A DNA stretch of 60,962 nt, counting the filler. It is 5 parts of 5 records of this genome, joined end to end, with 100 filler letters (N's around TTAATTAATTAA, not from the genome) between each part and the next. Parts side by side here need not be neighbours in the genome. Positions count along the whole stretch, not along the records: positions 30,177 to 38,402 come from DRR723986_6896; positions 38,503 to 55,466 come from DRR723986_6902; 3 more parts are not named here. The stretch is one strand, 5' to 3'. Shown here one piece after another: positions 30,510-41,115 of this stretch; position 1 is the first letter of the stretch; each line of letters begins with the position of its first letter. The notes beneath the pieces were generated by a model that was not told where the DNA came from, searched no databases, and saw only the letters and a program-made list of their open reading frames with translations. The position numbers and the translations under genes are program-made.

Positions 30510-31283
30510 TCATTTGTTGCCGGTGAGAATGACCTCGTCTCCGACGCGCTTGGCCGTGCGCAGCCCGCCCGGCACCTGCAAGGTCGGCAATAGCTCGATC
30601 AGTCCGATGTTGACGTATTGCGGCGTCGAGATGGCGTAGTCGACCGCATCCGCGATGTCGGAGGTCTGTGGCATCTCGAAACCGTCGAAGTACTTCGCCT
30701 TGGCTTCCTCGGGAGAGATCCCTTCCACCGTGGCAAAGATGTCGGTCTCGACCCGGCCGGGGCTGATCTCGGTCACGCGCACGCGACGGCCAAAGGCATC
30801 GACCCGCAACTGGCGCGACAGGGTATGTATCGCGGCCTTGGTGGCGTGGTAGGCGATATGCCCGCCAAATTCATAATGCCCGGCCATGGAGCCGATGTTG
30901 ATGATGTGCCCGCTGTCGCGCGCCATCATCCCGGGCAGGATCAGCCGGGCAAGGTGCAGCGCGGCGCGCAGGTTCACGTCGATCTGCTCGTCGATGTCGA
31001 AGGCGCTCGATTGCAGCAGGCTGCCCGGCCGCGAGACCCCGGCGCAGTTCACCAGCACGTCGACTTCGAGACCGCCCAGCAGGGTTTCGAGCGCCTTGGT
31101 ATCGGTGACGTCGACGGCGTGGGGCAGGGCGCCGGTACGGGCGGCCAGCGCCTCGAGTTTTCCCGCCGACCGGGCGATGGCGTGAACGGTCAGTCCCTTG
31201 TCGCTCAGGCGTTCGACGATGGCCTCGCCCATGCCGCCGGAGGCGCCGGTGACGAGGGCGGTCTTGTAGTCGGAGAATGGCAT
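30510..31283 (-). CDS. SDR oxidoreductase (YdfG-like)
   Basis: TGASGGMG, NCAG, YHATK (YxxxK). Start MPFSDYK with a GGA RBS; the track's longer N-terminus overlaps pxpA. Confidence 0.9.
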   Translation of the reverse strand: MPFSDYKTALVTGASGGMGEAIVERLSDKGLTVHAIARSAGKLEALAARTGALPHAVDVTDTKALETLLGGLEVDVLVNCAGVSRPGSLLQSSAFDIDEQIDVNLRAALHLARLILPGMMARDSGHIINIGSMAGHYEFGGHIAYHATKAAIHTLSRQLRVDAFGRRVRVTEISPGRVETDIFATVEGISPEEAKAKYFDGFEMPQTSDIADAVDYAISTPQYVNIGLIELLPTLQVPGGLRTAKRVGDEVILTGNK

Positions 31284-31311
31284 CGGTGTGGAGTCCTTCC
31301 TGTTTTTCGGC

Positions 31312-32076
31312 TCAAGGCTGCTGTGACAGCGGCACGATCCGGCCCTCGCGGGCGGTGATTTCATGGCGCAGCCGGCTGGCAAGCTCGACCGCTCCGGCGG
31401 TGTCGGAATGCACGAGGATCGACTGCACTGGCATGTCGATCTCGCCGCCGTCGAGGGTTTCGATCCTCTCGTCCTGAATGACCCGCAGAACGCGTTCGAC
31501 CACTGCCTGCGGGTCGTGGATGACTGCGCCGGGTTGCCCACGCGGCGCCAGCTGGCCATTGGCCAGATAGGCGCGATCGGCGAGGAACAGGCGGACCACC
31601 CGGGCCCCGCGCGCCGTCGCTGCGCGTTCCAGCTCGGAGTGGGGCAGCGTCAGGTAGGCAATGTCGGGATCGAAATCGCTGACCGCGCGCACCAGTGCCG
31701 CGGCGATCCCGGCGTCCGCGCTGGCGAGGTTCCCCAGTGCGCCATGAGGATTCACATGGCTGATCCGGTGGCCGATCCTCCGCGCGATCCCGTCGAGCGC
31801 GCCAAGCTGATAGAGCACATGCGCCTCGAGTTCCGGGATCGGCATGTCTATGCGCCGCCGCCCGAATCCCATTCGGTCGGGAAAGGACACATGCGCGCCG
31901 AGATCGACGCCGTGGTCCCTGGCGAGGCGGACGGTTTCCTCCATGATCACCGGGTCGCCCGCGTGATAGCCGCAGGCGACGTTGGCCGAACTGACCTGCG
32001 CCATGAGCGCCGCGTCATCGGCGATGCGGTAGGGGCCGAAGCCTTCGCCCATGTCGGAGTTGATGTCGATGATCAT
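31312..32076 (-). CDS. pxpA: LamB/YcsF family protein (5-oxoprolinase subunit A-like)
   Basis: IDINSDMGEGFG, SANVACGYHAGDP, GAHVSFPDRMGFGRR, PHGALGN, ADRAY, LVHSDT. Confidence 0.92.
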   Translation of the reverse strand: MIIDINSDMGEGFGPYRIADDAALMAQVSSANVACGYHAGDPVIMEETVRLARDHGVDLGAHVSFPDRMGFGRRRIDMPIPELEAHVLYQLGALDGIARRIGHRISHVNPHGALGNLASADAGIAAALVRAVSDFDPDIAYLTLPHSELERAATARGARVVRLFLADRAYLANGQLAPRGQPGAVIHDPQAVVERVLRVIQDERIETLDGGEIDMPVQSILVHSDTAGAVELASRLRHEITAREGRIVPLSQQP

Positions 32077-32465
32077 GCGTCGGGCTCCAAGTCAAAGAGG
32101 ACATCGGCATAGCCGACGAGCTGTCCGGGCGTCGCGTGGCAGACGATCGGGCGCCCGGCACAGGGCGATAGGACAGGCTGCAACAGCCCGTCGTCGCAAA
32201 CGAAGCCGAGGATCTCGCCCTGTTGCACGGCTTGGCCCTCGGTCAGGGGCGGCAGACCGTCATCCTCACCGCGCGGGCGGAAATGGCCGAGGCCGGGGCT
32301 TTTCGCGTGCTGGCGCTGCGGTGCTGCGACGGGTTTCGGGGCGGTCGTGACCGTTGTGGACCGCGTAAGGGTCAGATCGATGCCGGGGCCGGTCACGCGC
32401 AGCGTGGTGGTGCCGGTTTCGGCCATCACCGCGCTCAACTGCTGAACAAAGGCAAGATCGGTCAT
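32073..32465 (-). CDS. BCCP-like protein lacking the biotinylated lysine
   Basis: AccB-like layout (KSPGLGHF...VQQGEILGFV...PVLSPCAG...VGYADVLFDL), with CDDGLL where EAMKM would be. Confidence 0.75.
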   Translation of the reverse strand: MTDLAFVQQLSAVMAETGTTTLRVTGPGIDLTLTRSTTVTTAPKPVAAPQRQHAKSPGLGHFRPRGEDDGLPPLTEGQAVQQGEILGFVCDDGLLQPVLSPCAGRPIVCHATPGQLVGYADVLFDLEPDA

Positions 32466-32467
32466 CG

Positions 32468-33430
32468 CTACCAGCTCCTTGTCAGGGTTCGATGGCGCGC
32501 CAGCCGCGCCGCAAGGTCGTCCAGGTCGCGACGCAGATCGGCCTCTGCCTGCGCCGCACCCGCAAGGTCGGTCCGCTCGAAACGCAGGCTGTCACCCGGG
32601 CGGGCCTGGCCCAGCTTCCAAAGGTCGGCTTCGATCACGCAGGCGATCTTGGGGTAGCCGCCCATGGTGGCGCTGTCGGCCAGCTGGATGATCGGCTGCC
32701 CGCCCGCGGGGACCTGTACGATGCCCGGAACGATCCCGTGCGAGCGCATCTCGGTGGTGCTGTCACGGGTCAGGGTCGGGCCGGACAGGCGATAGCCCTG
32801 CCGGTTGCTCTGCGCCGTGACCTGCCAGGGCTGGCCCCAGAAATCCGCCTGGGCCTGTGCGTCGAATTCGTCATGTTCGCCTGATGGCAGGGCATACAGC
32901 ACGATCTCGCCGCCTGCGTTTTTCAGAGGCGGCGGAGGAAGGACGACCGGCGCGGTCGTGGCACGCGGCGCGGCGGGTTTGAGCAGGTCGCCGGGGCGCA
33001 GGGCACGGCCTTCGTGGCCGCCAAAGCTCTCGCGCAGCTGCGTGGCGCGGGACGCCAGAACCTCGGGCACGTCGATCCCGCCGGGAAGCGCGAGGTAGAT
33101 GCGACCGCCTTGCGTGATCGGGCCGAATCCCAGCAGGTCGCCCGCGTTGGCCACCCCGGCAAAGTACCGCGGCAGCGGTCGCCCGGCGAGGGTTGCGTCG
33201 GCATCGGCACCGGCCAGGGCAAAGGCGCAGTTTTCAGTGAACCGCAGTTGCGCCGGGCAGAGCGGGATTTCCAGCGTCGCCGCCGACTCGGGATTGCCCA
33301 GAAGAAGGTTGGCGGTGCGATGCGCCAGAGCGTCCATCGCACCCGCACGGCCCAGCCCCTGAGCCCAGTAGCCGTCACGCCCAAGGTCCTGGACCGTTGC
33401 CAGCGGCGGGATGAATTCGACCGCGATCAT
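32468..33430 (-). CDS. pxpC: Biotin-dependent carboxyltransferase family / PxpC (AHS2-like)
   Basis: TVQDLGR, GAMD..A...ANLLLGN, SNRQGYRL, GIVQVP.GGQPII.LAD..TMGGYPKIA. Start MIAVEF overlaps the pxpB stop (ATGA). Confidence 0.9.
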   Translation of the reverse strand: MIAVEFIPPLATVQDLGRDGYWAQGLGRAGAMDALAHRTANLLLGNPESAATLEIPLCPAQLRFTENCAFALAGADADATLAGRPLPRYFAGVANAGDLLGFGPITQGGRIYLALPGGIDVPEVLASRATQLRESFGGHEGRALRPGDLLKPAAPRATTAPVVLPPPPLKNAGGEIVLYALPSGEHDEFDAQAQADFWGQPWQVTAQSNRQGYRLSGPTLTRDSTTEMRSHGIVPGIVQVPAGGQPIIQLADSATMGGYPKIACVIEADLWKLGQARPGDSLRFERTDLAGAAQAEADLRRDLDDLAARLARHRTLTRSW

Positions 33431-34084
33431 GCCAGCACCTCCACCGGGTTGAAGCGGATGCGGTCGCCCGGAACCAGCAAGGCGGGGGGCACGCGGAATG
33501 GGTCGAAGAAATCGACCGCGCCCGCGCCGATGGTGTTCCAGCCGCTCGGCCCGGCCGAGGCGGAAATGCCGGTCTGCAAACCGGCGATCGACAGCGAACC
33601 CTTGGGCAGATCGGTCAGCGGCACCTTGCGGCGCGGCGTCGCAAGCCTCGGGTCGAGGCCGCCGAGGTAGCAGTATCCCGCATGGCTGCCCACCGCATAG
33701 ACCGTGTAGTCCGGCGCGGCATGGGCCGCGACAAGGGCGTCGATCGTCAGCCCGGTCAGAGCGGCGGCCTCGGCCAGGTGCGGGCCGCCCGCGCCGCCAT
33801 AGATGATGTCGATGGTCAGAAGCCTGCCGTCCATCTCGCGCCGGATGCCGCTGGTCCAGAGGCGTTGGAGGTCGCGGTGCAGCGTCTCGGGATCGCTCGG
33901 GACGTGATCGAGCAACAGCGTCAGGTTGGTCATGCCGGGCACGGCCTCGCGCACGCCGGGCCACTGAGCCGCCTCATGGGCCAGTGCCCAAAAGCGTTGC
34001 TGCGATGGCAGGTCGAAGGGGCAGTCTGCCTCGAACAGGATCGCGCGGGCGCCGATCATCGACAGGCGGGTGGCGTGGGTAAGG

Positions 34085-34092
<8 letters not shown>
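33427..34092 (-). CDS. pxpB: PxpB (AHS1/KipI-like)
   Basis: EAVPGMTNLTL, YGGAGGPHL, GYCYLGGLDPRLATPRR, GPSGWNTIG, GDRIRF. Confidence 0.9.
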
Positions 34093-35435
<1,343 letters not shown>

Positions 35436-35443
<8 letters not shown>

Positions 35444-35861
35444 CGGCCATCCTCATCAGCAGGGCACCGGCTTCGACCGGGTCGCCGTTGTCCAGAGCAA
35501 TCTCCGTCACGCGACCCGATCGGGGGGCGGGGATCGGGGTCATCATCTTCATCGCCTCGATCAGGCACAGGGTCTGACCCGCCTCGACCCGCGCGCCGAC
35601 AGTCACAAACGGGGCGGCTTCCGGCGCGGGTGTCAGATGGCAAATCCCTGCAAGAGGCGCTGCGACCTCGGTGCCTGCGGTTCGTGCCGGGGCGACCGGC
35701 TTCGGGGCGGGCTCGGCGACATCGGTTGGTGTCGCTTCGCGCGGATCGCCCTGGCGCGAGATCTCGATGGTCAGACCATCGAGGGCAAGCCGCAGTTCGG
35801 ACAGGCCAGAGGAGGCGGCCACGCGCATTGCGGCGATCACCGGGATCGGATCGAAGGTCAT
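35436..35861 (-). CDS. accB: Biotin carboxyl carrier protein (AccB-like)
   Basis: Pro/Ala linker and intact EAMKM biotinylation motif. Start may be 35927. Confidence 0.9.
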
Positions 35862-36108
35862 CTGGTCAGCGTCTCGGCTGCGCGGCGCACCGGGCGAGGT
35901 GTCTGAGCGCGAAGGGTTTTCGGTCATGACGCAACCGTAACACCGCGGTTTTCAGATGAGGTCAGAGGCGATTTGAATGACCCGGGTTCGGCATCCCGGG
36001 GCCGGCCCATCGCGAAACCCGATCATGTCAGATCGACACAGTCTTATGCCGTAAGCAGGGGGCTTTCTAACCTGCCGCCGACATCAAGGCGCAGGAAGGA
36101 TCCCCGAT

Positions 36109-36795
36109 ATGCCCCACATCATCACGAAATTCGACCGCGCCACCCCCGAGGATGTCGCCGCGCTTGCGAAATTTCCCTCTGCGACCATCCACGAGGCGCA
36201 GGGGCGTCTTGGCGCGCTGTCTTCGCGCATCAAGCCGATCGACCGCGCCATGAAGCTCTGTGGTCCGGCCTTCACTGTTATGAGCGCGCCGCGTGACAAC
36301 CTGATGCTGCAACTGGCAATCCACTACGCCCAGGCCGGTGACGTGATTGTCGTGTCGGCAGGCGCCTACGAGGAAGCGGGCAGCTTTGGCGACGTGCTGG
36401 GCAATGCCTGCAAGGCGAAGGGGATTGCGGGCGTCGTCACAGATACCGGCGTGCGTGACACGCTGGCGCTGATCGACCTGGGCCTGCCGGTGTTTTCGCT
36501 GTCGGTCTGCATCACCGGCACGGTCAAGGAAACGCTGGGCTACACCAACCGGCCCATCGTCGTCGGCGGGCAGGAGATCCGCCCCGGCGACATCATCAAC
36601 GGCGACGCCGATGGCCTCGTCGTGGTGCGCAAGGAGGATGCGGCGCGCGTGGCCGGTCTCAGCGCTGCACGCGAGGCGGTCGAGGCCGACCTGATCGAGA
36701 AATACAAGGCGGGCGGCACCGTGATCGACCTGTGCAACCTCGCCCCCGTGTTGCAGGCCAAGGGCCTGACGACAGATCTGACCACCGACCTGTGA
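36109..36795 (+). CDS. RraA-family HMG/CHA aldolase-like protein
   Basis: ATIHEAQGR.GAL, CGPAFTV, DNLMLQ, FGDVL, GVRD, PGDII.GDADGLVVV; AGGAAGGA RBS. Confidence 0.85.
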   Translation: MPHIITKFDRATPEDVAALAKFPSATIHEAQGRLGALSSRIKPIDRAMKLCGPAFTVMSAPRDNLMLQLAIHYAQAGDVIVVSAGAYEEAGSFGDVLGNACKAKGIAGVVTDTGVRDTLALIDLGLPVFSLSVCITGTVKETLGYTNRPIVVGGQEIRPGDIINGDADGLVVVRKEDAARVAGLSAAREAVEADLIEKYKAGGTVIDLCNLAPVLQAKGLTTDLTTDL

Positions 36796-36806
36796 GGGAT
36801 GGCACG

Positions 36807-38015
36807 ATGACCCCGATCAAGCTTGCCCGCCGCGTTACGGACATCCGCGTTTCGCCCTCCACCGCCGCCGCCCAGAAGGCGCGCGACCTCAAGGCGCAAG
36901 GCCGCGACATCGTCGATCTGACGGTGGGCGAACCCGATTTCGACACGCCGCAACCGATCAAGGAGGCGGCGATGGCCGCGATCCGGTCGGGTGTCACGAA
37001 ATACACTCCTGTCAATGGCTTGCCGGAACTGCGCGAGGCGATCCGCCACGATTACCGCACCCGTCTCGGTCTGGAGGTCGCAATGGATGAGATCTGCGTC
37101 GGCGGCGGAGCCAAGCAGATCCTCTTCCTCGCGCTCATGGCGACGGTGGAGGCTGGCGACGAAGTCATCATCCCAGCGCCCTACTGGGTGTCCTACCCCG
37201 ACATGGTGATCGCCCAAGGCGGCACCCCGGTGATCGTGCCTTGCCCGGAAAGCCAGCGCTTCAAGCTGACGCCAGAGGCGCTGGAGGCCGCGATCACGCC
37301 GGCAACCCGCTGGCTGGTGCTGAATTCGCCGTCGAACCCGACCGGCGTCGCCTACACGCCCGACGAGTTGCGCGCGCTCGGCACGGTGCTGCTGCGGCAC
37401 CCGCAGGTTCTGGTCCTGTGCGACGAGATCTACGATCGCATCTGGTACGCGGATTTCGACGTCAAGAGCATCGTCTCGGTCGTGCCAGAGCTGAAGGACC
37501 GCGCGCTGGTGGTCAACGGCGTGTCGAAATCCTACGCCATGACCGGCTGGCGCATCGGCTATGCCTCGGGGCCAAAACCGCTGATCGACGCGATCAACAA
37601 GCTGCAGTCGCAATCCTCCTCCTGTCCGTCCTCGGTCAGCCAGGTCGCAGCGGCCTTTGCGCTGACCTCGGACCAGTCGGCGGTGGCAGAGACGGTGCGC
37701 ATCTACCAGGCCCGCCGCGGCCGCGCCTGGGCGCTGCTGAATGCCGTCGAAGGACTGAGCTGTCTCAGGCCCGACGGAGCCTTCTACCTGTTCCCCAACT
37801 GCTCTGGCGTGATCGGCAAGACCACTCCCGAAGGCAAGGTGATCGAAACCGACCTCGATTTCGTCCTCTACCTGATGGACTCCGCCGGCGTGGTCTCGAT
37901 CCAGGGAGAGGCCTACGGCCTTGGGCCGCATTTCCGGATATCGACCGCGACGTCGATGGATCTGCTGGAAAGCGCCTGCAGCCGGATCGACGGCGCTTGC
38001 CGGGTGTTGCGCTGA
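36807..38015 (+). CDS. Class I PLP aminotransferase (aspartate transaminase-like)
   Basis: GEPDFDTP, PAPYWVSY, NSPSNPTG, DEIY, SKSYAMTGWRIG, GAFY, FRIS. Confidence 0.93.
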   Translation: MTPIKLARRVTDIRVSPSTAAAQKARDLKAQGRDIVDLTVGEPDFDTPQPIKEAAMAAIRSGVTKYTPVNGLPELREAIRHDYRTRLGLEVAMDEICVGGGAKQILFLALMATVEAGDEVIIPAPYWVSYPDMVIAQGGTPVIVPCPESQRFKLTPEALEAAITPATRWLVLNSPSNPTGVAYTPDELRALGTVLLRHPQVLVLCDEIYDRIWYADFDVKSIVSVVPELKDRALVVNGVSKSYAMTGWRIGYASGPKPLIDAINKLQSQSSSCPSSVSQVAAAFALTSDQSAVAETVRIYQARRGRAWALLNAVEGLSCLRPDGAFYLFPNCSGVIGKTTPEGKVIETDLDFVLYLMDSAGVVSIQGEAYGLGPHFRISTATSMDLLESACSRIDGACRVLR

Positions 38016-38124
38016 ACCGACGGCAGCCGGCCCGGGCCGGGTCGCACGGCGACAAATCGGCAAGTTGAGGAGTCCCGCAACGCAGTCTTCGGGTCGCGGA
38101 GCCACATCATCCCGTCCTGCGGCC

Positions 38125-38402
38125 ACGCCTATGGCCGAACCGACGCCGTTCAGATGCCAACTCTTTCATCTTGGCCCGCAGTTCCGTGTCGGCAGGGCGC
38201 ATCGACGTGCGCCGACACACGCGCGGAGCAATCCCGGCAAACGCGCAGGCGCGTCGTCGATTGTAGCCCTTGGTCTTCATCGCCCAGTTCACAGCATTTC
38301 TTTTCGAGCAGGGCTTCGGAAGTTTTTCCAAGCATCTCTTTCAACGTCGCTGCATCCATCATCTGCTCGGCCAGCATCTTCTTCAGATTGGCATTCTCGC
38401 TT
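38125..38402 (-). mobile_element. Degenerate IS3-family (IS407-like) transposase fragment: end of orfA and start of orfB
   Basis: ENANLKKMLAEQMMDAATLKEMLGK, then in another frame RRRACAFAGI...LRAKMKELASERRRFGHRR. Similarity stops before the integrase core; the other end is cut by the spacer. Confidence 0.8.
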
Positions 38403-38502
38403 NNNNNNNNNNNNNNNNNNNNNNNNNNNNNNNNNNNNNNNNNNNNTTAATTAATTAANNNNNNNNNNNNNNNNNNNNNNNNNNNNNNNNNNNNNNNNNN
38501 NN
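38403..38502. other. Artificial contig spacer
   Basis: N-run with central TTAATTAATTAA. Confidence 0.99.
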
Positions 38503-38503
38503 C

Positions 38504-38890
38504 TATACCGCCGGCGCCTCGAAATCGATGCTCGATCCGTTTCGCCCCGAAAACCCCGATGATGTGGCGCGACTGAAAACCATTTTGGGCCAGATGCACG
38601 GCGTTTTCATCGATTGGGTGCAACAACGGCGCGGCGAAAAACTGCAGGCCGCGGGCGACACGGCCCTGTTTGAGGGCGATATCTGGATGGGCGAGGGCGC
38701 CCAAAAGCTGGGCCTGATCGATGGTATTGGCCATATGGAAGACGTGATGAAAGAAACATTCGGGCCCAAAACCCGCTTTGCCTGGCACAGCCGCAGGCGC
38801 CCCATGTTCCAGCGTTTTGGCATGCAGCTGGCGCAAGATGCATTGGGCGGCATCGAGGAACGCGCAGCCTTTGCCAGGTTTGGGCTGTAA
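38504..38890 (+). CDS. S49 (SppA/SohB-like) peptidase, 5' partial
   Basis: YTAGASKSMLDPFRPE...FIDWVQQRRG...LFEGDIWMGEGAQKLGLIDGIG. Confidence 0.85.
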   Translation, partial: YTAGASKSMLDPFRPENPDDVARLKTILGQMHGVFIDWVQQRRGEKLQAAGDTALFEGDIWMGEGAQKLGLIDGIGHMEDVMKETFGPKTRFAWHSRRRPMFQRFGMQLAQDALGGIEERAAFARFGL

Positions 38891-38891
38891 A

Positions 38892-39059
38892 ATGCTCAGC
38901 AAAATCGTGGCATTGTTCTTGGTAGGCATGGCCGTGCTGGCGATGTTTGGAAAGCTGCGCTTTCCCGGCCAAAAAGCCCTGCGCGCCCGGCGCTGCACCG
39001 CGTGCGGGCGCTTGAAACTGGGCAAAGCCCCCTGCCCCTGCCAAAAAGGATCGCATTGA
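38892..39059 (+). CDS. 55-aa membrane-anchored protein with CxxC/CxC
   Basis: MLSKIVALFLVGMAVLAMFGKLRFPGQKALRARRCTACGRLKLGKAPCPCQKGSH, with 1-bp and 2-bp gaps to the flanking genes. Confidence 0.7.
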   Translation: MLSKIVALFLVGMAVLAMFGKLRFPGQKALRARRCTACGRLKLGKAPCPCQKGSH

Positions 39060-39061
39060 TT

Positions 39062-40009
39062 ATGGAATGGTTGCTTGTGGGGCTTGGCCTGCTGATTTTG
39101 CTGTTGGCCGGCGATGCCTTGGTAAAGGGGGCGGTCAACCTGGCCCTGCGCATCGGCATTCCGGCGCTGATCGTCAGCCTGACAATCGTGGCCTTTGGCA
39201 CCTCGGCGCCAGAGCTGCTGATTTCTGTCAAAGCCGCCATCGAAGGCGTGCCGGGCATTGCCATGGGCAATGTTGTGGGATCGAATACCGCCAATATTTT
39301 GTTGGTTTTAGGCATTCCAGCAATGTTGGCCACCATGCATACCCACAATTGCGATACCCGCAAAAGTTATATGCAGATGATCGCCGCCTCGGCCTTGTTC
39401 ATCGCGCTGGCCTTTGCGGGCAGCTTCACATGGATCTCGGGGGTGGTCTTGCTGGGGGCGTTGGTGCTGATCATGGGATTGGCCGCCCGCGATGCCCAAG
39501 CCCACCGCAAAGCCGGCCAAACCGCCGAGGATGACGACGCGCCCGAAGGCGCCGACCCCAATATGCCATGGTGGCGCATTATTGGGTTTTTGGCACTGGG
39601 CCTTGTGGGCCTGCCCTTGGGCGCCGATCTGCTGGTGGATAACGCCGTGATCATCGCGCGCGATTTTGGCATCAGCGAAACCGTGATCGGGCTGACGCTG
39701 GTGGCCATTGGCACCTCGCTGCCGGAACTGGCCACCACAGTCATGGCCGCACTGCGCCGTCAGGCCGATGTGGCCTTGGGCAATGTGATCGGATCAAACA
39801 TATTCAACCTGCTGGGCATTATCGGCGTGGCCTCGCTGGTGGCCCCCATCCCCGTCGCGCCCGAGTTTTTATCCTATGATCTTTGGGTCATGTTGGGCGC
39901 CTCGCTGTTGTTGGTGCCATTTGTGTTTTTCGGCAAAGATATCACCTGGAAATGGGGCGTGGCCTTGACCGCGCTGTATTTGGGCTATGCTGTCAGCGTA
40001 TTGATCTGA
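39062..40009 (+). CDS. Calcium/sodium antiporter (CaCA, YrbG-like)
   Basis: Two alpha repeats: GTSAPE...GNVVGSN and GTSLPE...GNVIGSN. Confidence 0.92.
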   Translation: MEWLLVGLGLLILLLAGDALVKGAVNLALRIGIPALIVSLTIVAFGTSAPELLISVKAAIEGVPGIAMGNVVGSNTANILLVLGIPAMLATMHTHNCDTRKSYMQMIAASALFIALAFAGSFTWISGVVLLGALVLIMGLAARDAQAHRKAGQTAEDDDAPEGADPNMPWWRIIGFLALGLVGLPLGADLLVDNAVIIARDFGISETVIGLTLVAIGTSLPELATTVMAALRRQADVALGNVIGSNIFNLLGIIGVASLVAPIPVAPEFLSYDLWVMLGASLLLVPFVFFGKDITWKWGVALTALYLGYAVSVLI

Positions 40010-40031
40010 CAGCGGCATAAAGGCGGATAAA

Positions 40032-40811
40032 ATGAAGCGGGCATTGGTGACAGGGGCCGGCAAGCGGCTGGGGCGCGCGATGGCGCAGTATCTGGCGCAG
40101 CGTGGCTTTGATGTGGCCATCCATTACGCCGCATCAGCAGATGAGGCCAAAGACCTGGCCGCAGATCTGGCGCAGATGGGCCGCCGCGCGCCGCTGCTGC
40201 AGGCCGATCTGCTGGATGAAAGCGCCACACAAGCGCTGTTGCCTGCGGCGGCCGATGCGCTGGGCGGGCCGATCACCTGCCTGGTCAACAATGCCTCGAT
40301 CTTTGAATATGACAATATCACCACCGCTACGCGCAGCAGTTGGGACAGGCATTTCGAATCAAACCTGCGCGCGCCTTTCGTGCTGACCCAAGCCATGGCA
40401 GCCGCCATTCCCGCGCCCCTGCCCGACGATATGGGCGAACCTGTTGCACAGGGGCTGGTGGTGAATATGATCGATCAGCGCGTGCGCAAGCTGACCCCCG
40501 AATTCATGACCTATACGCTGGCCAAAATGGGGCTGTGGGCCTTTACGCAAACCGCAGCCCAGGCGCTGGCGCCCAAGATCCGTGTCAACGCCATTGGCCC
40601 CGGCCCCACCCTGCAAGGCGGGCGCCAGTCGCTAGATCATTTCACCCGCCAGCGCCAATCTACCGTGCTGCAGCGCGGGGCCAATCCCAGCGATATCACC
40701 GCCGCCTTAGGCTTTTTCCTAGACAGTCCCAGCGTGACCGGCCAGCTGATTTGTTGCGATGGCGGCCAGCATTTGGGCTGGCAAACCCCCGATGTTTTGG
40801 GTGTGGAATAG
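40032..40811 (+). CDS. SDR oxidoreductase (pteridine reductase/FolM-like)
   Basis: TGAGKRLG, NNASIF, NMIDQR, YTLAK, RVNAIGPG. Confidence 0.85.
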   Translation: MKRALVTGAGKRLGRAMAQYLAQRGFDVAIHYAASADEAKDLAADLAQMGRRAPLLQADLLDESATQALLPAAADALGGPITCLVNNASIFEYDNITTATRSSWDRHFESNLRAPFVLTQAMAAAIPAPLPDDMGEPVAQGLVVNMIDQRVRKLTPEFMTYTLAKMGLWAFTQTAAQALAPKIRVNAIGPGPTLQGGRQSLDHFTRQRQSTVLQRGANPSDITAALGFFLDSPSVTGQLICCDGGQHLGWQTPDVLGVE

Positions 40812-40831
40812 CCCGCCTTCGCAACCTGTGC

Positions 40832-41050
40832 TTTCAAAGTTTTGCACCGCTGCCAAACTGGCCCAGTAAGTGTTACAAAAACGTTATAAAAATCAGGCAC
40901 TTGTTGTTGGCATCATTTTTTTAATAATGTTTTCAAACACTTGAAAACATGCCTAAAATTTAGGCAACTGCAGGAAGTGGCCTTATCGCAACGAAAAATT
41001 CCGTCTGCCCAGATGCTACCCACAGACTTATCCACAGGAATCGTGGACAT
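40832..41050. promoter_or_regulatory. AT-rich region with IHF-like sites, two palindromes and DnaA boxes (candidate oriC)
   Basis: Perfect TTATCCACA at 41028-41036 flanked by degenerate boxes; WATCARNNNNTTR match at 40891-40903; palindromes at 40927-40950 and 40950-40966. Confidence 0.55.
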
Positions 41051-41115
41051 GTTCACACTTGCACAGGGCGGGGTTTCGTTGCAGCAAGACGGGGAATCGC
41101 CAAAGGGGTATTGCC

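Noticed and set aside
32468-33964. Apparent N-terminal fusions in the ORF track (also 30510-31559, 42972-44270 and 59105-60226)
   Set aside because: The extensions are off-frame readings over the upstream gene; coupled or RBS-supported downstream starts exist
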